Positions 9,783-21,113 of a stretch of DNA of 64,000 nt are shown one piece after another (the stretch's first letter is position 1; each line of letters begins with the position of its first letter). The DNA lies in assembly GCA_963555755.3 (NCBI GenBank), contig OY820905.2, forward strand, positions 448,001 to 512,000, written 5' to 3'. The stretch comes from Nitrospirales bacterium (lineage in GTDB: Bacteria > Nitrospirota > Nitrospiria > Nitrospirales > UBA8639). The translations under genes and the position numbers were made by a program. A model generated the notes under the pieces. It did no database searches. It saw only the letters and a program-made list of their open reading frames with translations, and had not been told where the DNA came from.

Positions 9783-11186
9783 TTGAATTCACATAATAAG
9801 TGCACCACCTTCACGGTTGCCTAGCTGGTATATTCTCTGGCCGACCAAAGAAGGCGGTGCCCAGATGACACAACGTTATACTCAGCTGACCGAACCTGAG
9901 CGCTACCACTTGTACACGATGCGAAAGCCAACCAAACCCTTTCGAGAGATTGCGAAGGGAATGGGGCGATCCCACACCACCCTGAGTCGGGAGGAAACGC
10001 GGGATCATACAGAATATATGGTTCTATCCTACCGCCATCCAATTCTGGCCACATGGAGTTTCTTGGCCATGGCGTTGCTTCCTGTGAGCGTTCTTTCTTG
10101 TGTCGCTGCACGATCGTATCGTGCCCTCTTCCCACGGACCAAGGGGCTCTGACGCCAGGAAGAGGCAGCATGAGATGCGGCAGCGACCTAAAAATAAAAG
10201 ACGACGCAATTCGCTCAAAAGGAGAGGCGACATAACCCACGAGGAGTGCCATAAATTTATGTGCACCTGATCGTATTGTGCTGCCAGAACCCTAAATTCT
10301 GCATGATCCGAAACGCGGAACACCGACCAGCGTGGCTATCGCGACCAACAAGCCCAGCAGAAGGCGGGCCAGCGACACAAGGACAAGCCCAAAGCCGTGA
10401 AGCTGACGGAGTCGGTGCTGGCGTATATTCACGAGAAACTTCACGCCTGGTGGAGTCCAGAGCAAATATGTGGACGCGTGGGGCTCGAGCAGGGCGTCTC
10501 GTTACGCCCAGAAACGATCTATCGCGTGGGGCTGAAAGACCCGCAGCAAGGCGGGCAACTCTATCGGCACTTACGCCACCACGCCACGCCGTACCGCAAG
10601 CGCTATGGCCGCAAGGAATATCGGGGACGCATCCCGGGCCGAGTCGAGATTGCCGAGCGTCCGACCGTCGTGGACACCCGCGCACGGGTCGGCGAGTGGG
10701 ACGCCGATTTAGTGATTGGCCGCGGGCATAACGGGGCCATCGTGACGCTGGCCGAGCGACGGTCTCGGCTCTATCTGGCGCTGCCGAGCGTGCGCAAAAC
10801 CGCGGACTGGACCACACGGGCGATCCCCTCACTGTTAGCGGCCTTTAAGGACTGGACCCCCACCATCACCTATGACAATGGCCGAGAGTGCAACGGCCAC
10901 GCCACCATTGCCAAGGCCTTGGACTGCCAGGGCTTCGTTGCTCGCCCGTACCACAGGTGGGAGCGAGGCTTACACGAGAATAGCAACGGGCGGCTCCGAC
11001 AGTATTTTCCCACGGAGATGCCGCTCGACACGGGGTCCACGGAAGCGGTCACTGCCGCCGTGGAGGCCATGAATCATCGACCCCGGAAATGCTTGGCGTT
11101 TCAAACGCCTTGGGACGTGTTCTCGCGACTCACTCAATCAAATATTCAATTGAAAACCTGTGGTCCACTTATGGGTTGAATTCGCC
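9783..11186 (+). mobile_element. IS30-family element, transposase interrupted by a MITE
   Basis: HTH N-terminus from 9865 (YTQLTEPERY) and core 10397-11179 (WSPEQI, ITYDNG, WERG.HEN.NG). Imperfect IRs GAATTCACATAATAAGTGCACCAC and GTGGTCCACTTATGGGTTGAATTC. Confidence 0.85.
10002..10309. mobile_element. 308-bp non-autonomous MITE (family B, GGATCAT ends) with 8-bp target duplication
   Basis: TIRs GGATCATACAGAATATATGGTTCT and AGAACCCTAAATTCTGCATGATCC. GAAACGCG is duplicated at 9994-10001 and 10310-10317. Confidence 0.9.
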
Positions 11187-11230
11187 CTATTTTTGGTTAA
11201 TCGGAAAAGTACGGAAGAGGCAGGGAGGTG

Positions 11231-11368
11231 TGGGGTCAGGCATGAGTATTGACTTAATAATTCAATAGGAAAAAGAAGTCACCTTTAGGTGCCCCGTCCC
11301 CCTCGTTCTTTGGAAAAACATTTTTGGGCAATACTTGAATGAATAAGTCAATACTCAGCCTGACCCCA
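11231..11368. repeat. 138-bp element with ~25-bp inverted ends starting GGGGTCA (REPIN-like)
   Basis: TGGGGTCAGGCATGAGTATTGACTTA ... TAAGTCAATACTCAGCCTGACCCCA. Confidence 0.7.
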
Positions 11369-11458
11369 TGTCCGGTTCAGCCTAGTTGGGGTTCGGTATA
11401 GTCCAGGGAGGGCGCCGCGTCACCCGATCCACGTAACCGGGCTTTGTGATGCGGGGCG

Positions 11459-11818
11459 TCAATCACTACGTGCCGATTTTTCGCCGAAGTAGTGCCCGAT
11501 CACAAGTGTCACGACCGGTAGCAGTACTGAGCTGAGCATGGAGAGCAAGAAGGTTGCGGGCTCCTTCAGATCTTCCCAGTTCGAGAATAAGACTCTTCCA
11601 GTCAACGCCGCAATGAATAAAACGAAGGAGCCGACAACAAGATACGCGATTATCGAACGATCCTGCGATCTGCGCCGCAGTTCGTAGTCTGCAACTGCCT
11701 CACCGCCTTCCTCAAGCAGGGCCGCGGTCTCCTCAAAGATGGTGTCCAGCTCATTGCTCAAAGGCTTCTCCCTCGTGATTCGTCTCGAATGAGGTGGAGC
11801 ACCACTAATCGGATTCAC
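11459..11818 (-). CDS. Small hypothetical membrane protein (2 TM); start uncertain
   Basis: Two hydrophobic segments ending in VIGHYFG. Confidence 0.55.
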   Translation of the reverse strand: MNPISGAPPHSRRITREKPLSNELDTIFEETAALLEEGGEAVADYELRRRSQDRSIIAYLVVGSFVLFIAALTGRVLFSNWEDLKEPATFLLSMLSSVLLPVVTLVIGHYFGEKSARSD

Positions 11819-11911
11819 TCCGACTATTCACCCATCGACACTACCGAATGATCGCTAATCGCGACTAGCTACCGACATCGAAATTGGCGACTGACATTCT
11901 TGTGTCGGAGG

Positions 11912-12112
11912 TCATGACTTCACAACTTTTGTTGCCGTCTTAGCGATCTGTCGAGACTTTTGCAACAGCTCGCGGATCATCTCCTCCAACCGGGTTCGGC
12001 TGGGATCTCCATCGGGGAGAGATCGCAGCTCTTCGCGATACCTCTCCGCGCGGGCAAAGAGGTCGCGCGAGTCTTGTAACAGACTTTCGGCGGTAGACTT
12101 TCGGTCTGACAT
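11912..12112 (-). CDS. Small helical hypothetical protein
   Basis: MSDRKSTAES... amphipathic helical 66 aa, co-oriented with the neighbouring ORF. Confidence 0.45.
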   Translation of the reverse strand: MSDRKSTAESLLQDSRDLFARAERYREELRSLPDGDPSRTRLEEMIRELLQKSRQIAKTATKVVKS

Positions 12113-12429
12113 AAGGTCACTCTCGCATTTCCGTACAGTGCCTGCAAGCTCGCATAACGATGCGGCGTGCCTCGACAAGTATCCAATCCACGGGAGGTGC
12201 TACAGGACGATTCTCCCCTGAAAGCGGATGAGTAAGATGGCCGCTGATTTCGTGGAATCGGGCTGTATTCGGCGAGCGTAATCCGGGAAGGAGAAGTGTA
12301 GAAATCGCGTGGAGCGGATTGAAGCTGTAGAGCACTAGCGAAGACACTCTCTGCCGAGCCCGTTCGTGGGAGAATGAGCACAGCAATCCCTCAGGGAAAG
12401 CACGGCGAAGTTCCCTGGCCGGATGGGGA

Positions 12430-12860
12430 ATAGGAATTTTAAAAGACCTTTTTGACTGGATAAGAAAATACCAAAGAACCCGTTGAGGGGGCAATCCGCG
12501 AACTCCGCCGTCTGACATGCGGGAATTCACCCTGCGAGTAGGGTCTTACTGGCCCTTGTGCCCAGGTTTATGCCAGGCCTTTCGCTCCATTGTGGCGTGT
12601 GAGGGTGGGAACTGGGCACAAGAAGCGTGTCGGCACAGGAACTGAACCGGAATCCAGGGTGGGATTAGGTTGTCTGGAAGAATTCGTCGATGTGGGCCGA
12701 TGTCCGAGGTGGAGTACGCGTGGGCAAGCCCAGATGGCCAAGAATCTTGGTAATCACCGCCGACTCTTCAATGGCAGCAGTGAGCATCAAGGGGCCACCA
12801 CCGAGGGGACAGGAGGCCATGTCGATCTTGAACACCCGTTTGAGCAACTGGGCCCAGCGG
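12430..12860 (-). mobile_element. IS91-family 3' remnant (transposase C-terminus and terminus)
   Basis: WAQLLKRVFKIDMASCP.GGG.L...AAIEE..VI.KIL.HLGLP motif, followed downstream by a terminus-like AAAAGGTCTTTTAAAATTCCTAT. Confidence 0.7.
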
Positions 12861-12988
12861 GAATAGAGTAGGTAAATTTATAAATAAATGGGTTAGACCC
12901 CTTATCACATCGATCCTCGCCCCCCTGGGGGCGCGGGTGTGCTCAAATCAGAGCCCTTGTTTGGTGTTATATGTTTCAACTCGTTGGG

Positions 12989-13396
12989 TTAACTACTTTC
13001 CACCATCAAATCTTTGGCAGCCAGTTGTTGCTTGATGGCTAACGTGATCAAGACAATTTGCTTCTCGCGCCTTGGTGTTTCGGCTGCTTCCTTGATCAGT
13101 TTACGAGCTGCTTTGAGATGCTGAGCGGCTTCTACATGGAAATGAACTGGCAGAAGGTCTTTGATCGCGTCGACGATTTCCGCGCGTGAAAATCTCAGTA
13201 GATGATCAAGAGGTTTTTTATGGTCCGCATACAACAGTCGGAGCGCGCGTTCATCGGCTTCAATAGAACTGCGAATGTTTTCCAAGGCGTTAAGGACTCG
13301 TAAGAACGCTGCCACGGACTCGACTTCAGTCGGTTCCAAATTTATTCCATTGACGAGACCCGTATTGTTGAACACTTCGCTGTTATAGAAATCCAC
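12989..13396 (-). pseudogene. Probable C-terminal fragment of a larger protein (cytochrome c peroxidase-like tail)
   Basis: Begins AVDFYN...INL...EV..VAAFLR.L, like the end of di-heme peroxidase folds. No CxxCH; directly abuts the rsmE stop. Confidence 0.4.
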
Positions 13397-13403
13397 AGCT
13401 CCC

Positions 13404-14156
13404 TCACCGGTTGACGTTTTCTAAATGTCCTACACGAAACTGAACTATGCTTAAGGCTGCGAGAGGAGCGGTCTCTCCCCGTAGGATTGAGGGGCCTAGC
13501 GAGATTAGTGTGAAGTGGTATCGTTGAGCGTCGTGTTGTTCCTCCAATGTCCACCCTCCTTCCGGGCCCACTGCCAGAACCATTTCTCCTGTAAAGTCTT
13601 GATCCAAAGGAAGACTGCTCAGTCCAGGCAGGTTTTCTCGTTCTGCCAACATACACCTCACCGTTGCATGACGAAATGTCTCTAGAAAGTCATGCAACGG
13701 TGTTGGGGGGGATATATCGGGAACTTCCCATCGTTCCGATTGTTGGGCGGCATCCAGCGCAATACGGGAATAGCGTTCTTGTAAGGAGTGAAATCGATCA
13801 GCTTTTGGCCGAATGATGACTCGTTCCGTGAGTAAGGGGACAATGGTGTTTACGCCAAGCTCTGTGGCTTTTTGAATGGCCCAGTTCATATGATCGCCTT
13901 TAAGCATAGCCTGGCCAAGAATAATCTTGGCTTCTGAGGGTGGAGGACCGTGTTCGGTTTTTCGAATCTCTCCTTCCAGTGCAGACTTCTTTAATTTTTC
14001 AATGTGGACGTGATGCCGCTGCCGTGTTTCATCACATACGACCAATTGATCGCCTTCACGATAACGGAGGCTTTTCGTGAGGTGATCGAACAACGGCCCT
14101 TCAATGGTGAGGCGTGTGTTGGTAATGCTGTTGGAGGATATAAAGAAGACTGGCAT
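13404..14156 (-). CDS. rsmE: 16S rRNA m3U1498 methyltransferase
   Basis: HL.KSLR, QKATELGV, VGPEGG and LG..ILR.ETA motifs; downstream of dnaJ. Confidence 0.95.
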   Translation of the reverse strand: MPVFFISSNSITNTRLTIEGPLFDHLTKSLRYREGDQLVVCDETRQRHHVHIEKLKKSALEGEIRKTEHGPPPSEAKIILGQAMLKGDHMNWAIQKATELGVNTIVPLLTERVIIRPKADRFHSLQERYSRIALDAAQQSERWEVPDISPPTPLHDFLETFRHATVRCMLAERENLPGLSSLPLDQDFTGEMVLAVGPEGGWTLEEQHDAQRYHFTLISLGPSILRGETAPLAALSIVQFRVGHLENVNR

Positions 14157-14178
14157 GAATAGGGAAAGGATGAGAATT

Positions 14179-14305
14179 GTAACTCAGGTGGGTAGGCTGA
14201 AGGCCGAAGGCTTTTAGGGAATAATCATGGGAGATCATACAGCACTTCGGGCCTAATGAGCGATCGCCTTCAGTCTGTAGCCTTCAGCCTACATACCTGA
14301 GTTAC
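14179..14305. repeat. Palindromic intergenic element with CTGAAGG-type heptamers (family D)
   Basis: GTAACTCAGGT...ACCTGAGTTAC ends; related copy at 62980-63103. Confidence 0.75.
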
Positions 14306-14312
14306 GAAGAAT

Positions 14313-15440
14313 TTAATCAAACATATTTTTGACCTTGTCGAATAATCCATCTCCACTGGTTTCACCTGTGAGATCGCTTTCTTTGCAAAACGCGGCTAGC
14401 AATTCACGTTGCCGAGTCGAGAGTTTTGTGGGAATTTGAATTTTAATTCGCACCAGTTGATCACCCGTGTGATTGCCTTTGAGGGCTGGTGCCCCAATCC
14501 CTTTGAGGCGCAAGATTCTATCATGCTGTGTACCTTCCGGAATTTTTACGCTAGTTTTCCCTTTTAAGGTCGGTACTTCGACTTTGCCTCCCAGAGTAGC
14601 AGTTGCAAAGTGTATTGGTAAGTCAACAAGGATATCATTCCCCTTGCGTGTAAAGACTGGATGCGGTTTCACGGTGACGGCTACATACAAGTCGCCAGGA
14701 GGGCCGCCATTCATTCCGTGCTCACCTTCGTGGGATAACCGAAGCCTCATGCCGGTTTCAATGCCGGCTGGAATGGTCACAGAAAGATTGCGTTCTCGGT
14801 GAACTCGTCCTTGTCCACGGCAGGTCATGCAGGGTTCTGAGATGATTTTCCCCGCCCCTTGGCATTGCCCGCAAGTTCGATTAATCGTGAAAAACCCTTG
14901 CTGAAGCCGAATTTGCCCTGATCCTCCGCATCCGGGGCAGGATTTTACCGCATTGCTCGACTTAGCGCCTGTGCCTTGGCAGGTATCGCATGATTCCCAA
15001 CGTGGGATTTTGAGTTTGGCTTCTTTTCCATAGACCGACTCTTCGAAAGTTAGGTCAAGATTATATTGGAGGTCATGCCCTTGCTCAGCCCGTGATCGAC
15101 CGCCTCGTCCACCAAAAAAGTCTTCAAAAATATCACCAAAGATGTCACCAACCCCACCACCGCCACCACTGAACCCTTCAGGTCCGCCAAATCCCTGTGG
15201 CCCTCCTGCATGACCGAACATGTCGTACCGTTTACGGTTTTCGCCATGACTCAGCACTTCATAGGCTTCGTTGGCTTCTTTGAATTTCACCTCGGCCTTT
15301 TTCTTTTCCTGAGGGTCAGTATGAAGGTCAGGATGAAACTTCCTCGCGACTTTTCGAAAGGCCTTTTTGACCTCATCGTCCGATGCGTCACGACCGACGC
15401 CAAGCACTTCGTAGTAATCTCGTTTGGTCACTGATGCCAT
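14313..15440 (-). CDS. dnaJ: Chaperone DnaJ
   Basis: J domain with HPD, G/F region and four CxxCxGxG repeats. Confidence 0.98.
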   Translation of the reverse strand: MASVTKRDYYEVLGVGRDASDDEVKKAFRKVARKFHPDLHTDPQEKKKAEVKFKEANEAYEVLSHGENRKRYDMFGHAGGPQGFGGPEGFSGGGGGVGDIFGDIFEDFFGGRGGRSRAEQGHDLQYNLDLTFEESVYGKEAKLKIPRWESCDTCQGTGAKSSNAVKSCPGCGGSGQIRLQQGFFTINRTCGQCQGAGKIISEPCMTCRGQGRVHRERNLSVTIPAGIETGMRLRLSHEGEHGMNGGPPGDLYVAVTVKPHPVFTRKGNDILVDLPIHFATATLGGKVEVPTLKGKTSVKIPEGTQHDRILRLKGIGAPALKGNHTGDQLVRIKIQIPTKLSTRQRELLAAFCKESDLTGETSGDGLFDKVKNMFD

Positions 15441-15471
15441 CTTTGCTGATCTGGGCTCATGGTGGATATTC

Positions 15472-15498
15472 GCGCCCTCTGATTCGATCAGAGGGCGC
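15472..15498. promoter_or_regulatory. Perfect 12-bp stem-loop between dnaK and dnaJ
   Basis: GCGCCCTCTGAT-TCG-ATCAGAGGGCGC with no U-tract; probably an mRNA-stability hairpin. Confidence 0.55.
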
Positions 15499-15510
15499 CC
15501 AGCTTATGAT

Positions 15511-18113
<2,603 letters not shown>

Positions 18114-18436
18114 AGTCTGTTCCTTCGCTGATCGCTGAAGACCCAAAATTTTCAAAATGTTGAGGTTTTCCAATGTAGCCTTTAGGTATCGCCCTTTAAA
18201 GAGTGGGACACTCGCTTGTATTTCGTGCCATTAAGAACCTGAACTGGAGAATTTCCTGTCCCACCGTGGGATTTGGATCAAAAGGCTGTGGGGCAAGTTT
18301 CGACATTCTTTTTTTTCTCCCTATACAGGGCTCTTCTCAGATAGGCATGGCAATGTCGAAGTCAACCCAAAGGGTGAAAAAATTAGGGAAATATTTAGGG
18401 GGTGTGGATAATTTGAACCTAGAATCGGGGGTTGGG

Positions 18437-19207
18437 CTATTCGCCTTTGATGCGCTGGTAGAGAAGGTTTAGTCCTTCAAGTGTCAAATAGGGACACACC
18501 TCTTGGATCGTCCGAGATATGGGGGCGAGGACTGGAGCAAGACCTCCGGTGGCAATAACTCGTGTTGTTTGTCCGATTTCTTCCTGGATTCGTGTCACGA
18601 GTTCATCTACCAAGCCCGAATACCCAAAAATAAGGCCCGATTGAATGCTGCTTACGGTATCGGTCCCAATCACGCTTTTTGGCCTGACTAACTCTACATT
18701 TGGAAGTTTGGCGGTATGGGCATGCAGGGCTTTGGCTGAGCTTTTGAGTCCTGGAGCAATGGCGCCTCCCAAATATCGTCCGTCTTGCGTAACGGTGCAA
18801 AAGGTCGTCGCCGTACCAAAATCCACAATGATCAGCCCTGTTTGATATCGAGCGTAGGCTGCAGCGGCATTGACCAGACGGTCTGTTCCAATTTCTTGAG
18901 GGTTGGCATATTGAATGGTCAGGTGAAAGGGAAAGTCTGTGTTGACGAGCAATGGACAATGGTGGAAGTAGGTTTCGATCACTTGGTCGATGATGGGTGT
19001 CACCGGAGGAACTACGCTTGAGATTATCGTGCCATCAAGACTTTGTGGCTGGATACCTCTTTCTCGCATCAGAGAGAGAAACAACGCTCCATATTCGTCC
19101 GAGGTCTTCGTGGTACTGGTCGCGAGTCGCCAAGAAGCCTGAAGGTTGCCCTTATTAAAGACGCCAAACGCGATTTGCGAGTTGCCGATGTCTATCGTGA
19201 GGAGCAT
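18437..19207 (-). CDS. coaX: Type III pantothenate kinase
   Basis: IDIGNS, G.DR, VDFGTATT, GGAIAPG and ATGG motifs. Confidence 0.95.
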   Translation of the reverse strand: MLLTIDIGNSQIAFGVFNKGNLQASWRLATSTTKTSDEYGALFLSLMRERGIQPQSLDGTIISSVVPPVTPIIDQVIETYFHHCPLLVNTDFPFHLTIQYANPQEIGTDRLVNAAAAYARYQTGLIIVDFGTATTFCTVTQDGRYLGGAIAPGLKSSAKALHAHTAKLPNVELVRPKSVIGTDTVSSIQSGLIFGYSGLVDELVTRIQEEIGQTTRVIATGGLAPVLAPISRTIQEVCPYLTLEGLNLLYQRIKGE

Positions 19208-19217
19208 AGATTACCCA

Positions 19218-19398
19218 AGGACCTGAGAGAAAATAACTTGATCAATATCGCGCCAAGATTTGGGTCGGATTTGGACGGAACGATTGAGAAACACTCGAGG
19301 CATAGCACAGCTATGGTGAGGGTTTTTCGATTGAGGCCCGTTCAAAGATGGCCCGAAGATTGGATGCGAGATGCCCAAGCTATTTTTTCTCAGGTCCT
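19218..19398. repeat. ~180-bp palindromic MITE-like element (family C)
   Basis: TIRs AGGACCTGAGAGAAAATA and TATTTTTTCTCAGGTCCT. Close copy at 26982-27161, diverged copy at 50366-50547. Confidence 0.85.
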
Positions 19399-20214
19399 AA
19401 CATGTGTCACGTCTGCCGAACGTACCTCGATAGTTTTCTTGGCACCCTGCTGAAAAGGTGTGACATGAAGTGAGCCATCTATTCCTATCGCGGTTGCCCG
19501 CCCATGAATTTCTCGAGTTCCCGTGAGAGTACAGCGAACATCTAAGCCCAGCGTTGAACATTCGGCGGCATATGCCGAATGGACTGCATCAATATTGTTT
19601 AAAGCCAGTAGATCATACCACCTTTCCAATTGGTTGAACATGCAAGTCAGAAGTGTGTTGCGATTGCATGGCTGTCCGGATTCTTGAAGCAGCGATGTCG
19701 AGGTTGGCTGAAGGTTTTCGGGGAAATCATCGAGGGTGGTATTCACATTTACGCCAAATCCTATGATCACCACACTAGGGGTATTGCCTCGACTGGTGCC
19801 TTCACACAATATTCCGCCGAGTTTTTTATTACCGATCAAAAGATCATTTGGCCATTTGAGGGAAGGTTTGATCAACTGTTCTGTTTGGATGGCTTCAGAT
19901 ATGGCCAAACCCGTAACCAAGGGAACCCAAGTCATATGTGGCTGAAGTCGAGGGGCTCTCAAGATAACGGAGCAATAAATATTCTTGTTGGGCGGAGAGG
20001 CCCAGGAACGACCCAATCGTCCCTTCCCCGCTGTTTGATGCTCGGCCAGAATAACGGTGCCGTGCGGTTCGCCTGACGCGGCTAGCGTCAATCCGAGTGT
20101 GTTTGTGGAAGGCGTTTCAGTAAGGATGTGTACCCTGCGCCCGAGGGCCTGAGTCCTAAGCCCTGCTTGAATGACACCAGCGTTTAACGCATCGGATTTT
20201 AATTGAACGAGCAT
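19390..20214 (-). CDS. birA: Biotin--protein ligase (no N-terminal HTH)
   Basis: STN, QTAGKGRLGRSW, KWPND and KKLGGIL motifs. Confidence 0.93.
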   Translation of the reverse strand: MLVQLKSDALNAGVIQAGLRTQALGRRVHILTETPSTNTLGLTLAASGEPHGTVILAEHQTAGKGRLGRSWASPPNKNIYCSVILRAPRLQPHMTWVPLVTGLAISEAIQTEQLIKPSLKWPNDLLIGNKKLGGILCEGTSRGNTPSVVIIGFGVNVNTTLDDFPENLQPTSTSLLQESGQPCNRNTLLTCMFNQLERWYDLLALNNIDAVHSAYAAECSTLGLDVRCTLTGTREIHGRATAIGIDGSLHVTPFQQGAKKTIEVRSADVTHVRT

Positions 20215-20237
20215 AGGCGCTAAAAGATTCTTTGAAA

Positions 20238-21104
20238 TTAGGCCAAAAATGGTATGTCTAAACTGATGTCTACCGCGGGGGCTGAATGTGTTAATGCCCC
20301 GATGGAAATATAATCCGCACCAGTTGCGGCAAATTCGACAACATTCGTGAGAGTGATTCCTCCCGACACTTCGACGATGGCTCGGCCTTTGATTTGGGTC
20401 ACTGCCCGATGGACTAACTCAGGAGACATGTTGTCGAGCAAAAGAACATCAGCCTGTCCGTCAAGGGCTTGGTCAATGTCATCAAGAGATTCAATTTCCA
20501 CGCATATCCTGAGTCCGTGGGGACCGTTCGTTTTGGCTAATCGGCACGCTTGAGTAATGTCCAGGCCCTGGGCTTTGAGAATGGCCAGGTGATTGTCTTT
20601 GATCAGGATGCCATCGTTCAACGACATACGGTGGTTCAGCCCTCCGCCCATGGTCACGGCCCATTTTTCAAGTTTCCGAAGGCCGGGAGTGGTTTTTCGT
20701 GTATCCAGGATTTTTGCGGGATACCCGCGAACGGCCTCGCAAAATTGTTTGGTGAGAGTCGCGATGCCTGAGAGATGCTGAAGGAAATTCAGCGCCACAC
20801 GTTCGCCGGTCAGAATGGACCGCGTGCAACCTTCTAGTGTGGCAATCACTTGACCCGCGGCAATCGTGTCCCCATCCCCATGCGCACCATGTAGTACGAG
20901 CGTAGGATCCAACACCTCAAAAACTTTTTGAACGACGGGAATCCCCGCAACAATCAGTGCGTGTTTGGCTTGTATGGTGGCGCGCGTTGTCGCCTCAGAT
21001 GGAACAAGGATGTTTGTCGTCACATCCCCATGAGAGATGTCTTCTTCTAGTGCGGCTTTGACAATGTGTTCACAGTCAAAGGGAGAAAGAGGAGTGTTCG
21101 ACAT
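20238..21104 (-). CDS. nadC: Nicotinate-nucleotide diphosphorylase (carboxylating)
   Basis: ER.ALNFLQ.LSGIAT, DTRKTTPG, HR..L.D.ILIKDNH and LLDNM motifs. Confidence 0.97.
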   Translation of the reverse strand: MSNTPLSPFDCEHIVKAALEEDISHGDVTTNILVPSEATTRATIQAKHALIVAGIPVVQKVFEVLDPTLVLHGAHGDGDTIAAGQVIATLEGCTRSILTGERVALNFLQHLSGIATLTKQFCEAVRGYPAKILDTRKTTPGLRKLEKWAVTMGGGLNHRMSLNDGILIKDNHLAILKAQGLDITQACRLAKTNGPHGLRICVEIESLDDIDQALDGQADVLLLDNMSPELVHRAVTQIKGRAIVEVSGGITLTNVVEFAATGADYISIGALTHSAPAVDISLDIPFLA

Positions 21105-21113
21105 AGTGCCTCA

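Noticed and set aside
9817..10152. 111-aa ORF as a real gene
   Set aside because: Chimera of the IS30 N-terminus and MITE sequence.
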